From: the human T2T-CHM13v2.0 reference genome, Homo sapiens | DNA length: 64,000 nt | Assembly (NCBI RefSeq): GCF_009914755.1 | Contig: NC_060937.1 | Reading direction: 5' to 3' (one strand) | In this document: piece after piece, positions 46,745 through 62,619 of the stretch | How positions within the stretch are numbered: position 1 is the first letter of the stretch | How the letters are laid out: each line of letters begins with the position of its first letter | Position numbers and translations under genes: made by a program | Notes under the pieces: generated by a model | Seen by the model: only the letters and a program-made list of their open reading frames with translations | Database searches by the model: none | What the model was told of the DNA's origin: nothing

Positions 46745-47589
46745 CCTATACTTTTTGCCAGAAATCTGGCAGAAGAAGGGATGGAGTTTAAATTCTACTG
46801 CTTTGATTAAATGGAGGTAGTATTTAATTGTTTCTTGTTTATTTGTGTGTTTGTTTTGAGGGCTTTAATGGAAAGTTGGAAATTCCTGGTTGCACTAGAA
46901 GACCCATGTTGAGAACTATTGAGAGTGATCTATAAATTGATGTGTACCTTTCAATGAGCTTCAAATTCTTTCTGCACAATCATTTTTTGTGCTTTTGGAT
47001 TTTTCATGGTTACCAACAGTTAGAACTGCTTTGTCTAACAATGGAAGCAGACTCCTTTAAGCATGATTCGATTCCCCATTCTCATTTTCATTTCTTATTA
47101 AAAACCAAATATAAAATATGTCAACATGTGCCTCAAAGTCAGAAACATGCTATAATTAATTTTCTTCATGCAGAAAACTTGACTTTTAAATCAATTTTTA
47201 CTACCTGTTTAGGTAAGCTGTTAATATGAAAACAAATATTTATTTATTTTCCACACTATACTAAGAGAAAAATGAGATTCATTTGTTTCCTTCAGTTACA
47301 TCTAGAAACAATTTTATAAGACTGGAAAATTATGTATACATGAACTGTTTGTGTATTCTAATATTACAAAAGCTAACATATCAATTGCAGATCCTGGGAC
47401 AATGCACAGCTAATTGCATACGAGTTCTTTATGTGTCAAATTCTTTTTAAAACTTGTTTTGTTTTAAGGTCATTGTAAAAAGTCATGATTTTGACATTGT
47501 TGTTACTGTGTTGAGGGATCAGAAGGTGATCTAGTATAGTGAAAATCTATAGGTTTTGGACTCAGAAAACTTTGAATGGAAATTCTGGT

Positions 47590-48900
47590 TTATTCATTAA
47601 TTTATTCATTATTTCATTCTAGATACTAAGTATATAATGATGAAAAAGTTAATGGCATTTGATCTCAAGGAGTATAATGCTTTATAGGAAATACAGACAA
47701 TCAGCAATTAAATGATACTGGGGATATTAAATATACTTTGTAATGAAGGAAATAGGTCTAAGAATGAAAATAACAGGAGAAGCTAGCCTTACATTAGATG
47801 GTTGAGGAAATTCTCTGGGGAAAAATGTGTAAGTTGAAAACAAAATATAAGAAGGACCCAGCCATGAGATGAATTTGTGAGCTTACAATTTCAGGAAGAG
47901 GGACCATATTGTGCAAAATCTGAGTGACCCCATCAGAGTGGGTAAAGGAGAAAATGACATGTAATAAGGGTGAAGAAATTGGGGAAACAGAGATAGATAC
48001 AATAAGGAAAGGAAAAAATGAGAGTGAGTTAGTTATGTCATACTTCTATGAAATCAAAGTGTCAATGTCACATAGGCATTGAGTATAAGCATAAGAAGAC
48101 AATAGACAGGTATGAAACTCTTACTTTATATGATTTTAAATCTATGGAAATAAATGTCATGATTAAATGAGAAAGTATAGAGAAATCAGAAGACTTATGA
48201 CAGAATCTGAAGAACTCTAGTAGTTATAGTTTGGATCAAAAGGAAGAATATAGTAGACAGCTTGGAGAAAAAATCAGTAACTGTGGTGTCAGAAGAGAAA
48301 GGAAGAAATAATTTTAAGAATTATAACATTTTTAACAGCTTTGGAGCGGCGGGTGATAAAAGGTCAAGAATGATGAAGAATGAGACAATTCCAGGATTTT
48401 AACACAAGGCATTTATAGTTAACATTGACAAGAGTAGCCTCGAATGGTAAGAAGGAAAGTTATATTAGAATAAATTGGATACGAACAGCATAAAGGGTGA
48501 CAAAGGTAAAAGCAAATATACAGACAATGTTTTCTACATTTTTATTTATAAAAGAAGATAAATATTATAATAGTTGAAAGAGACTTGAAGTCAGCACAGG
48601 ATTTTTTTAATATAGGAGTTGTTGGACCATGGCTATATATGTTCACGGAAAGAAAGAATGAAGATATAAATGCTGATTCTTGAGTAAAAACTGTGAGAGA
48701 AATGTGAAATAATTCAAAACAGATAAATATCCTTTGATAGGAAGAGAGGTACTTTCTCTATTAAAAAGAAGATAATGAAAAAGTAAGTGGGTCAAGAAAC
48801 ATGGGGATTTGTATTTTTTTAATAGAAAGATGAAGGAGCACTATTTGGTAGTTTTTATTTTTAACACAAAATATGTTGCAAATCTTCTGCTGTAGAATAG
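47590..48900 (-). mobile_element. L2 remnant preceded by a MIR fragment (about 47520-47590)
   Basis: (TTCA)-like L2 tail antisense, tgatctcaaggagtata, gacttatgacagaatctgaagaactcta. Confidence 0.65.
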
Positions 48901-49532
48901 TTCATAAGAAGATATGAAATAAATGTAATAAGTTATATGAGTCTCAATTAACTTGTTTTTTAAACATTGTAAAAATATCAAGTAGCCGTCATATTTTTGG
49001 ACTACAATAATAAGACATCATCTAAACTTATGCCAACAGAATCAGTTTTTTTTACCTTCCAGTCCTCCTCAACCTTCAAATACTATGACTTGGTTTCTAT
49101 TGAGTTGCCTTCAAATCTATAGAACTTTTATGTCATTTTAACAAATATATTTTATTATTGGAAAATTATAATACAAGTTAAATTATTTACCCTAATAATC
49201 TACAGTGAACCTCCGATAAACTAAAAGTCTATTGAACATTTTTGCTATAGATTTAACTTTTTATTTCTCCACTGGATAATGCCAGTAATAAAATTTAACT
49301 GAGTACCAATTTACAGTAGATCGATGGAAAATTATATATAATCTACTTATGTAACACTTGGTGTCACCAGGTTTCATAGATTCTGCATTTTATAGATGAA
49401 GAAAGATAAACACGTTAAAGGTTTGTGATTATTTTCCAAAAGTCTTCAAGTAATGAAAAGGAACACTACAACTAGCATTTTTAGAGTTTCTGATCCTCAG
49501 TGAGGTAGGTTTTTATTTTAATACATTATCTT

Positions 49533-49697
49533 TGGCTGGGTGCAGTGCCTCACATCTTTAATCCCAGCACTTTGAGAGGCCAAGGCAGAAGGATGACTTG
49601 AATTCAGGAGTTCAAGGTTGCAATGAGCTGTGATCATGCCACCCTCTTTCAGCCTGTGTGACAGGGTAAGACTCTGTCTCAAAAGAACAAAAAATAA
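49533..49697 (+). mobile_element. FRAM/FAM-like Alu monomer
   Basis: Single monomer ending gcaatgagctgtgatcatgccacc...gactctgtctc plus A tail. Confidence 0.85.
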
Positions 49698-49995
49698 ACA
49701 TTTCCTTTTATTTTTCAATTACGTGTTCAGGAGTAAAGGAGATACAAGTTTTTAAGCTGTGTTCATTTGGAGATTATTGTCATGCAATTGATCTCTCTGA
49801 AATACATCATAAAACATTGGTAATGTTAATAGTTATTTTGATAATTTCACCTAATTACTAAACAATTATGTCAGCACATAAATCAACATTTATTAATGAT
49901 AATGAGAAACAGAAAAAGGGAATTGATTCACTACATATTTAATGATAAAAATGTTATTACTTTAATGGTAAAAATTAAACTATTAATATGCTGAA

Positions 49996-50117
49996 AATTG
50001 TTTTAAAGCATATTTTATAACTTGAATTGTTTTATAGCTTGAATTGTTCTATAACTTGATTGTTTTAAAGCATATTTTATAACTTAAATTGTTTTAAAGC
50101 ACATTTTATAACTTGAA
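49996..50117. repeat. AT-rich minisatellite of mixed 29-bp and 17-bp units
   Basis: aattgttttaaagcatattttataacttg-type unit three times and aattgtt(t/c)tata(g/a)cttg twice. Confidence 0.9.
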
Positions 50118-51199
50118 TGATACATTTTCTTTAATTGACTTGATGGTTAGGTATAATTTTCTGGGTCATCTTAAAAATACACAAAAAATAGTTATTTTTC
50201 TTCCCACACTAAAATAATAACTACATACACCAGCTATTTTGCAATCAAAGCTCAATTCTAAATTGCCATAATAAACTTCAAAAAATATAATGATAAAGAT
50301 GATCAAAAGAAGTTTATGAGCCTGAAGGTCAAATTGAATTAGATTTCAGGCTACACAAAGGCTAATAAAAATGAGAGTACAAGAAGTATTTAGATTGTAT
50401 TTTTAGAACTTATGGAACATTTTCTCCCTAGAGTAGAATAGTTTAGATTGAACCTCTGAATAAATTACTTTATTTTTATGAACAATGCAAAAAATTAAGC
50501 GAAGTTCAAATAACAACAGTAAACGATATGCCGTAACCTGTCTGAAAAGCTGGAAGATCAAGTGATTGTGATTGTACTTATAAATAAAGCACTTCCGTAG
50601 GTTAGCATTTTAAATGTTCTACAAGTAATTTAATATGCAAAGATCACAGTTTGGTCTGTCAGTCAATGCAAAAAATATAAATTTCAACAGCATCAATGGC
50701 CAATACATTTAGATTTTTACAGATTAGTTCTCTATTGATTAAAATAATAATATTCTAATTTTTCCAAATGTATAGCACAAGTATTCATAGATGTTGTAGT
50801 GTGCATACATATAATCACCTGCGTACAAAAACCTGGTATCTGTTAAACATTAACTCCTGCATTTTTTTTACCTCAATTCCAGTGTTGCAAGCTGTTCTAA
50901 TACTCCTATTCAAAAAGCACCTACTTTTTGTGACAAGAAAAATGAAATATGAGAACAATATTTTCAACTGACAAAGGAGCATAGAACTTGAGGTATTCTA
51001 TTGACCTCCCTTGAAATAACAATATATGTGACTGTGATTCTATATCCCCAATTCTGCTGCGTGAAATCCCAGTCCTGTTTGCCATGCAGCATAATAAGTC
51101 ATCACAAAATATGAAGCAAATATCAGGAAGAACATACCTTGCTGTCACTGGATTTGTAACATCACATTTTACCCGCCGGGGCGGCTAGATATTGCAGAG

Positions 51200-51410
51200 A
51201 GAACATGAGTTTTGGGAATGTATAGAGCTATGCTTGAACAGTGTTCTTCCACTAACAAGCTCTGTGACCCTAACCACATTGGACACTCAATAATTCTTAA
51301 CTGATAAAATGAAAATATTAACAAACTTGTATCCTGAATCCATGTGAGCATTAAGATAGAGTATATATTGTGTTTAATGAAGTGTCTGGCCCAGGACTTA
51401 GCATTTTCAT
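51200..51410 (+). mobile_element. MIR remnant
   Basis: gctctgtgacccta...ctgataaaatgaaaatattaac...gtgagcattaagatagag follows the MIR core layout. Confidence 0.6.
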
Positions 51411-54009
51411 CTTATTTTAAATAAAAACATGGTTATGCTTTTACATTCAGGTGCATACATAGATGAATTAAAATTATGTAATGAGAATATACAAAGTAAA
51501 CAAATTATTTGTCTTCTTTCTCTTTTTTTTTTGCTTTTGTTTTTGTTCTTAATCTTCTTGGTGTTTAGTATAGGTAATTCCTTTATATATCCTGAATCTG
51601 GCATTCAGTCCAACAGAAAATGATGCTTGGAAAAGCAGATTATGGCTGAGCAATTTGATGCAAATAAGCTGAGAAAGTGCCAAAAATGTTCTTTATTTCT
51701 GGGATTAGGTTTTTCTGCCAGTGAATGTCACCCATTAGTGCTGTAAATGAACAGCCCTGTGATTTCCGTGAATCTATTGAGGATCTCACTTTCTCTGAGA
51801 ACTGTGAATCCTTTAAACTAGCATGAAAAATATTTGAACAGGCAGAAAATCAAGTTCAAATCTAAAAACTGAGCTGAAGAAAGCACCTATTGATGCACTC
51901 TCAGATCACAGAATTTTGAGCCTGAAAGTACCTTAGACTATTCTAGTGCTCCAGAGAAGAAAATTATAGGGCTAAGGCCCAAAGGTCTGGATAAAAATCA
52001 TCAAGCCAACTTGATCAGATTCTGTGCAGCAGGCAGGTGTCCTGAAATCCAAGTGAATAATTTTATTTTCTCTGACACCCAATTGTCTTGTCTCACCTTT
52101 TGTTATGAGCAAAAAACTGTCTTTTAATTTTGCCAATTTCTGGGGATTTCTTAAGAAGTGCTACTAGGGTATGGTAAGTGAAGGGAAATAGGACTTAATT
52201 GAAGAATAACTTACATGACAAGTCTGCACTTATATCGAGGAGAGCTTGGAATTCAAGGTAAAACCCATTTTGCAATAATTATGTAATATTTAATATTGTC
52301 CTAACATTCCTCAGCCAGTTTGAAAAATGTTCTCCCTGTTTCATAGTTGAGGCACAGTGCTACTAATAGTAAAAAGCCTGCACACTATTTTTAACAACGT
52401 ATCTATGTATGTAAAGCATATTATGAGAGCAGTAGCTGTATCATTTTTGTTCTGCCCTATCAGTCCTTTCATGATCATCAAAACCGTAAATGAGGCATCT
52501 CACTGCTTTCATTTACTATTGACGGTTCTAATGATAATAGACAAGGGCTCAAATTAAATTTGGGGAAAATAAAATATTTGTCAAGTGATTAAACTTATAG
52601 CCCATTACTGTAATCCTCTAATAATCGATGGCTCTATCAAGGACTGTGTTGAAGGTCATTTCTAATAAGACAGTTCTTTGTCCAGGGAGAAAAAAAAAAA
52701 CAAGGAATGCTTATCAGTTAATTTAATGTATGTTATTGGTTATAAACCTAACACAGACTGTTTCAAATGCACTATACTAAATCATAAATTTGAGAGGCCA
52801 GGGATACTGTAGGTATCAGTTGAAGCTTCGTCTGGAATGCAAAAGGACTACCAACATTTTGTTGTAAATTTGTTCTCTCTCTCTCTTTCCCTCTCTCTCT
52901 CTAATATCTTCCTGTGATGTAATATTGACCTCACTTTCAACTCCAGGAGGGGCTTCTTGGAAGTTTTAAGAATGAAATAGATCTCAGCCTCATATTTTAT
53001 GTTTCCAAGTCAGTTGGAGAAAGCTAATGTATTTAATCATATTTCTAGTAAATAATATGATATACATTCAAGTTGGAATAACTTATGTCATTTGTCAAAC
53101 TCAACAAATCATTATGGGCAACCGACTGAGAATCTACCCTGGCCTTGGAATAGGAGAGTCAATTCTACTCGAACCTTAAAGTTTGAAAATTTAGTACTGT
53201 TAAGAAGAGAAATAAGGGCATGTGTGTTAATTAAAAAAAAAAAATCAAGAAACAATCTTAAACTTCTTTACTTCAGTTCAAAATAACCATGCAAACTGTG
53301 GTTTCCTAGTTTTCCATGCAAATATCCAATAAGGCAGTTTACATGTTTCACATTTTACCAAGCATCATATTTAAAAGAGCAAATAATATGGGGCGTCTTC
53401 TTCATATAAAGATCCGAATTCATAGTATCAATTTTCAAAGTAAAGAAAGATGGTACTAAAAATGTTGTTATTTAATCAGGATTGACTGAAAAATGCCTGG
53501 TCAAATTGTATGTTTGCAGATCTATATCCAATGCAATAAGCCTTTTATTTTGAAATGTGTATTTATCTGTAATTCTGCAAATTATACTTAACATTTGCTT
53601 TTCTTAATATATTTGTAGAAAAAACAATGCTTACAGAAAATGAGTTTTCTAAACAGTAGTTCTTTTTTCAGAAGTCTTTAACTATGAAAATCATTTTTAA
53701 CTTGTTTTTTAAAAGTAGCCTCAAAAGTCTTCAGATAGAGACCTACATAAATGTGCATTATTTTGTTTCCATCCTCCAAATGTGTTAGAAATGCCACATT
53801 TTATGTTTTTAATTAGTCAGACAAGTGAAAGACTTCAAAGTTTAAACATTCACATCATAAGTGTATCTTGACATTTTAAAGAAAGAAACATAATAATAAT
53901 GTGTACTAACAGAATCATGGGAATTGACAGGTCAACAACTCTTTATTGTTTTTCTTTTTTTTTTTTGAGAAAACTTATTTTACTAGCGGTGGAATCAAAG
54001 ACAAAAATA

Positions 54010-54445
54010 TAATAGTCACAGTGTATGAGGCACTTTTTAACTTTATTATACTCATCTTAATCTTGATACACACACATATGACATTCTTCTGAATAGCACC
54101 AAACGGAAGCCATTACTGCCCTATTTTACAGATCCAGAAAGAGAAATGACACAAGAAACTTAAAGTAACTCGCCTTAAATGTCAGAGTTAAAATGTGACA
54201 GTCCCAAAGTAGCAGCCTAGCATAGTGTTTGAGAGCACAGACTCTTGAGGGGAATGGCCAGGATCCTAATTCTGGTTCTGATAATACTGTGTGCCCTTGG
54301 GATATTGTTTCTCAGTTACTTCATCCGCAGAATGAAGATTTATCATAGCTAACATACTGCTCTTGTGATGATTAAATGGATAGATGTAGACAATATATTT
54401 ATAACAATATCTGAATCATATTAAGAGCAATGTGAAAAATTTTAT
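54010..54445. mobile_element. Two adjacent MIR remnants in opposite orientation
   Basis: ccctattttacagat...aagtaactcgcc (minus) then gcatagtgtttgagagcacagactct...gtgatgattaaatg (plus). Confidence 0.65.
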
Positions 54446-56454
54446 TAGAAAAAATCGATGTTTTTTATGGTACTGCACTGCCAACGAAGTTGTAATTATG
54501 ATAGGATTGGTATAACATATTGATACAATTCTACGATCTCTCAAAAATTCACTTGCTTATCAAACTTAAGATATATATATATTAGATATATATTATATTC
54601 ATTTAATTACATAATAATGTATCAGGACACAGAAACCCAGGGAAAATGTAGAATATCTTCTTAAAGCATCACTTTTTCTATAAAAGATATATTTGATGTT
54701 TTTCTTTAAAAATATTTGATAATGTAAAGTTCACATTTTTAAAGATATGCAGTAACCCAATAAAGTTCTAGTTTTTAATAAACTACTATGGGTTCTGCCT
54801 TAAATTTCTAAAAAATCAGTTATTTTTATTATTTTATGAAAATTTGGATAAAAATTTGGGGCAAACACTGACTTCATAAAGTCGTTGAGACAGAGAACAA
54901 TTCTCTATCAATTTGTTCTTTGATTTATTTAATGGACTTCATTTTTAAAAATCTATTATTAGAATTCTCTGTAGTATAGATATACCTCATGAGAAACTGA
55001 ACTCTGCACTGAAAACTGTGAAGGATAATGCAGTTCGTAACCTTAGGATCTATTAGCATGACACTATCTTTTCTTGATGAATTTATGACCAGATATGGTA
55101 ACAAATCATATAGAAAACTTACAACTTACAAAGAAGTTTCTGACTAATAGAGTCACACTAATTGGATTCAAAGACAAAATAAATTCACAAAAACCAATAA
55201 AAATGCAGTAGGAAGAAAGAAATAATATATTCAAAGATATACAATTTTTATCTTAAATTTAGATTGCTTTTTTCCTTTTTGGAAATGTAGAACAAATAAA
55301 TTATAAATTTCCCAAGCATGTAGAACTGCCTTAAAGTTCTATTGTGTTCTGTGCTTTCAAAAACACAGATTTGTGGAGCTTTCTCCCCACTATTTTTACA
55401 AACATATACTCTCTGTCAAACCAAAGAACAAAAATTTTAATGGGTATTTTTAGAAAATGTAATTTCCTTCAATCTATTTTAATAAAATATAAATTTTTAT
55501 GTTTTTATTTATTTTTATCAAGCTCTCTCAAAGTAAAATTGAATATATATCTTTTTCTTTTCTTAGTCTATATTAATAATATTGAGGAAATAGATAAATA
55601 GAGGAAGGAGTGAGACACATAGAGAGAGAATGTCCTATACTAAAAAAAGAGTTCATGTTGTTTCTATCAGGATCCCACTTAAAGAATTTTTTGTGGGCTC
55701 GAACTTCATTTTATAGATGAATGTAAAATTCAAATAAGTAAAATAAATTACATTAGATGTTAAGTGAGATAGATCCTGTAAGTTTCTCCTAGGGTGCCGC
55801 TGTATATCATTTCTGATCTGGACTTCAAGATTTCCAGGAATCAATTGTTACTCAAAGACTGAGTGAGAAATGGAAAGGATGCAATTCATTTTCTAATATA
55901 TTGATGTTAAGCAATTTTTGAAGCATTCCTTGAGCATTATTTATGTTTTGATGTGTTGTTTGATCAAGGGTAACATAATAACTATAATTCTTTACATTCC
56001 ACTGTGTAGCATGTTGAAAATCATGCTCTTTATTCCTATGATCTAGGAGCAGTGCTTCTTACTTTCCAGAATACATGCAGTTTGTGTTTAAATGACATGA
56101 GTTTCAAAATTCTACTTCCATATTGTAGATTGCCATATATAAATGGTCTATTTTTAATTTTAAGTACTTTAAAACCATAGACTGATTGCCTAGTGAAAGG
56201 TAACTTCTAGGTACATTTTGTAAATATTATTATGTTTTTGGAAATGTGTTTAGTAGTTCTCAGTTAACAGCAATTTATCAAAGATATTCCCTAATTAAGA
56301 CAAATCTTTCAATCCTAATGTTGACATTTCTGAATATATTGGGATACGGAATGAATCATACTTATGAGTGAAGCGCTGCATAATATAAATCTCCTTGAAC
56401 AAATGCACTGGTCAAAATATAATTTGTGCTGTTTTTTTTTGTTTGTATTCACAA

Positions 56455-57950
<1,496 letters not shown>

Positions 57951-57964
57951 AAATGTAGTGTTGT

Positions 57965-58140
57965 GTAATTAGTTTTATTTACATTTATATTTATGTAATT
58001 TATATTTATATTTATTATGTAAATCTATATTTATGTATACATATATACATATTTTGTATGTATATTTATATTTATCTATTATGTAAATTTATATTTATAT
58101 TTACGTAATTTATAGTTACTATGTATATTTATATTTATAT
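57965..58140. repeat. AT-rich low-complexity (TTTATA/TTTATG)n tract
   Basis: Direct reading. Confidence 0.85.
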
Positions 58141-58144
58141 TGTT

Positions 58145-58646
58145 GGTTAACTAGTTAAAACAATTTTAGCAGCTGAAAACAATATAATGTTTGTTATCCC
58201 TCTGTTTTTATGAGTCCAGGCACAGCATAGTAGCATCTTTTGCTTAGCATCTTTTCAGGTCAAAATCTAGGAGTCAGCCAGGGTTGCACTTTCACCTAAG
58301 TACATGTATCCTCTTTCAAGTTACTTCAAGTTGTTGGCAGAATTCAGTTCCTTGTGGTTGTAGAATTGAGGTTCCTGTTTTGTCACTGGATGTTAGCCAA
58401 GGATCTCTCTCAGCTAGTAGAAGCCTCCCTCAGGTCCTAGGCACAGAGCGTTCTCATGATAAAGCAGCTGGATTCTTTAATTACAACAGGGGGATCTCAC
58501 TCCAGTCTATTATTACAGGGGCTTAAATAACATAATTGAATCAAGGGAAAGACTATCCCAACATATTCACAAATCCCCATCTACAATCAGGAAATATGGC
58601 ACAAGACAGGAATCCTATGGGCTGTCTTAGAATTCTCTCTGCCACA
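58145..58646 (-). mobile_element. MLT1E/F-like MaLR LTR
   Basis: gttgttggcagaattcagttccttgtggttgtagaattgagg and terminal tcttagaattctctctgccaca. Confidence 0.8.
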
Positions 58647-61600
58647 TTTAGAACACAACTATGTGGTGAATGTGCAATGTGTGGTGTATTTATGTAATAT
58701 CAGTGAACTGTTATAAATAAAACATAATATAAAGACATATTTTCTCAAATTACTGCAGAAATTGGTACAATATCTCTATAAATTTGCCTTGGATGTTTAA
58801 AGGACTCTTCTTTATGGTTCTATGTTTTTAAAAATATTAAAATGTAAGTATCAAAATGTTAAAAAACAAAATTCAATGTGTCCCCCATACAAAATCATAA
58901 ACACAGATACATCCAAAAAAATTAGTTAAACACAAAAGTTAGAAATTCCAATTACATAAACGTGTAATATGAAATTCAAATAAGAAAACAATAGGATTTA
59001 TATCAAAGAATACTTTTGGAAATATTAAAAATTGTATTTAGGGAAAACTGAGACTCAGTCTTCAAGAATAACTCAAGTTTTGGAATGAGAAACTGGAAAG
59101 ATGAAGTTGTTATTTATTCAGATGAAACAAGACTATATATGGTGAGGGTTTGAGGAAACATTTTAGATATAATTGTTATCTCTTTCAGAGTAAAACTTAT
59201 CTTTAAATATAACAAGTGTTTAATAAGAATTTATTATGGATCTTAATGATGCTTAAATATGAGTAAGAAGAATGAAATGTAATCGTTGCTTTTTGGTTTT
59301 AGTTATCTTCTGTATTTGTGGCCAAAGTTATACTAGATCTACTATCTCCTCCTGTTCTTGTCAATCTTTTATAATAAATTATCTTTAAAACTTAAATTTT
59401 AAATGTTCATTGTCTCTTTTCTCCTTGTCATCACTATTCATTAATTTTATTCTAATGCAAACCAATTTCTGTCCACAGATCTATATAAACAATGTTTATG
59501 ACTATGAGACCTGTAAGTTATGAGGGAAAGGAGAAAGGCCATAAAAATGAGAGGAAAGAATTGCTTCACAAAAATTAGCATAGACTTTTTGAAGATAACC
59601 AAAATTTACATGAAAAAATGAAAACATTGGAAATACAGACAGTGACTACTGGCAATTATATGAGGAGCATTATACAGATAAATCTTAGGAAACACTGGAT
59701 TCACTGCATATAAATAGGTAAATTTTGTAACTGATTGCACTCTGTTGAATTTGAACTATCTTTTCTAAACCTTATTTCATGAACTTGTAAAATCCTCCTT
59801 TTCCCTATTAGTTTATTTCTAAGTCAGTAAAAGGTTGTTACTTTTCATAGGATCTCAAAATCCTTCATCAGTTTTGTTGTTATATTTGATGATGCAAAAC
59901 AGCATCATTGACTGTATTTGTATTAAATTCATAAAAGTAAAAGAAGTGCAGTACAATGACATTTAAAATAAAGTCCTGAATTGAAAGTTGGGACAGAACA
60001 CAAAAAGTGATTGATATCTGCTAAATAAAAATCTCTTTCAGGATGAAAATAATGGTATGTGGAACACTACTAAGTTTGCTTATTAGAAGAGAAAAACCTA
60101 TTTTTTCTCTTAGAATATCTTATTCAGCAGTTAGGCAAATAAGGACATTTTTGAACGGCAGGACTCCTGAAACACATCCTAACAAGTGGTCTTGTTTGAT
60201 TTTTCTTACAATTTTTTGATTACTTCTTTCTCTTTACATCTATAAAACCATCTGATTAGAAGCAATTTACAGGTATTAACAATAAAGAAGAAAGGACGGA
60301 ATAATTTAGGACACAGTAAGTCCTATTTCCCACACTCCCTTTGTAAGAAATGACAATTTGTGTCAAACAAAATTCTTCATCTTTACCAAAAATGGCTTTT
60401 AATATTTTACTAAAGTCCCCTCATTCTTTCAGTTTTCAAATTTCAGAAACAAATTTGACAGTTACCTGTTTTATATTACATATAAAACTATTGCCTTAAT
60501 TATGCCAATTATTTCTTTGTAAGTTTTATAAAAATTTGGTCAGTTTCTCATTTTAATTGGTATTATTCTAATTTAGTTCTTACAGTTTCTTTTATACAGG
60601 ACTTCACTAATATCCAACTGATCTCTCTTCCTTGAGTTCTCTATTTCTTCCTTCCTTTTTTCCTTCTGTTCATCCATCTTTCTTTCCTTCCCTCCAAATT
60701 TATCTTGATTTATAATTACAATGTTATTCACACTGTTCTGTCTGAATTACATGGGTTAAAAACTATCGTACACATTATCTGGTTGTATATGTGTTCATTA
60801 GTCTAAAACTGACAATCCTTTTCTTGTCTTTAAATATCAAATTTAATGCTCTGTTCAAAGAAGTTTAACAATTTTCTTAACATAATAGAATAATTCAATT
60901 TATTATTTTTTCATGAATCTTTTCTTATTTACTTTTTATCTATTACACAAGATACTGAGCCCTTCCTAGGATAATTCTATACCTGAAATATAACTGGTTT
61001 TAGGTAAATATGTGTTGAATAATGATTAAATGAAACACCTTTAACTATTTTATAGCAGATTCAAGACTATCTCATTGTCTAGATGATTAATGAATAACTC
61101 CATGGATCATAATTACCTATGGATGCAAAGAGTTTTTTTCTAATGATGACTAAAATAAAAACCTGCATACTTCTGTGTTCATTTCAGGGAAATAACTTCA
61201 TAAGAAGTCTATAAAAACACTATTTTATATTATTTAAAAATAGTAGTATGATAAATTAATGATTTGCCCTTTACTATATTCAGAAAATGTCAGAATACTA
61301 TTAAATTATTTCTTTAAGAAAACCTCAAAAACTAAATATAGAGGAAGGCTAATCCTCTTTGAAAGATAATCTAAAAGAATAGAATAAAATAATGCAGTAC
61401 TCTGACCCTGAATTTTCCCAGATTATGGGCAGACTAATTCTTTGCTTACACATACATGTGTATGGGGTAAAATGTAAATCTCTACACAAACTCCTTATGC
61501 AAAGCCCACATGTTTATGAAATGCCTATTAGTTTCTCTCAGAAATCCCTAGTATTTCTGCCAGTCAGGAAGAATATGAAAGGATTGCAACTTCATAGGCT

Positions 61601-61969
61601 GATGTCATGAAACCTTCTGAGGGCTCATCAATATTGATCACTCCTTGATGCTGATTCCAGATCATTGGGCCTTTGACTAAATGAAGCAACACTAGCAAAT
61701 TTGTGATTAAAAGCAAGCTACCATTGTGGCAAGTTTGCAGGATACAGTTTTCTTCTCCTTGGTGTTTCAACAAGGCCATAAGGAGATTTAGCTCAGCTGT
61801 CAAAATGAGTGCAGTGACAAATAACTTGAAGACACTGAGGAGAAAGCTCCATGTTCTATGTGTAATCCGAGCAGTCTGGAGATCAACATCTGTTGAAACT
61901 CTCCTTAGGAGGACCAATCTCTCGGAAAATAAAATACAATTTTGAGTTTGAGATTTTTTAAAAAAAAAT

Positions 61970-62595
61970 TGTATGCTGATACAATGCTTTAAAAAGCCTT
62001 TTTTAGTAACTTCTAAATGTGAACCTATACATACACTATTACCCTCCAATTTCATTCTTAGATAAATCCTAACAGAAATGCATGGATATTTGCACCAAAA
62101 AAACACACAAATTAATATTTGGAGGAAATGTATAAATAATGCCTCAAACCTGGAAACAATCTTAATTTTTTCTCCAGTAAAAATGACCTTCAACAGCTGA
62201 ATTAATTTAAAAATATGTGAGTAAAACCAAATTCTCAGAAAAATAAATATGGCATTGTTATACAAATCATAGGTATGACTATCACAGGAATATACAAAAA
62301 AGTATATGAAAAAATATACAAAAAAGGTATATAGATTTTATCTATATAAATATACTGTTAGGTAATACTAATATATGGTAATAAAAGTCAGAATGGGAAT
62401 TTGCTTTGGTGGGTGGTGACTGAAAAGGGCTTCAGGAGTTCTGCAGTGTTATAATAATCCCTTTCCTGATCTGGATTGTGGTAACACAACTGTGTTCAGT
62501 CTTTGAAAAAAACATCGAGCCACACATATATGATATTTGCACTTGTTTTTTACACATGTGATACTTTATATGTTTTCTTACAAAATAAAAGAACA
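61970..62595 (+). mobile_element. Ancient L1ME-type 3' fragment
   Basis: caatttcattcttagataaatcctaacagaaatgcatg...caaacctggaaacaatc; gggcttcaggagttctg...tcctgatctggattgtggtaacac. Confidence 0.65.
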
Positions 62596-62619
62596 ACAAA
62601 TGTAAATTATATTTAAATA

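Noticed and set aside
49775-49789. Sox-Oct-like composite tattgtcatgcaatt (and aacaat/atttgcat at 10015-10026)
   Set aside because: Imperfect single motifs are expected by chance in AT-rich DNA.
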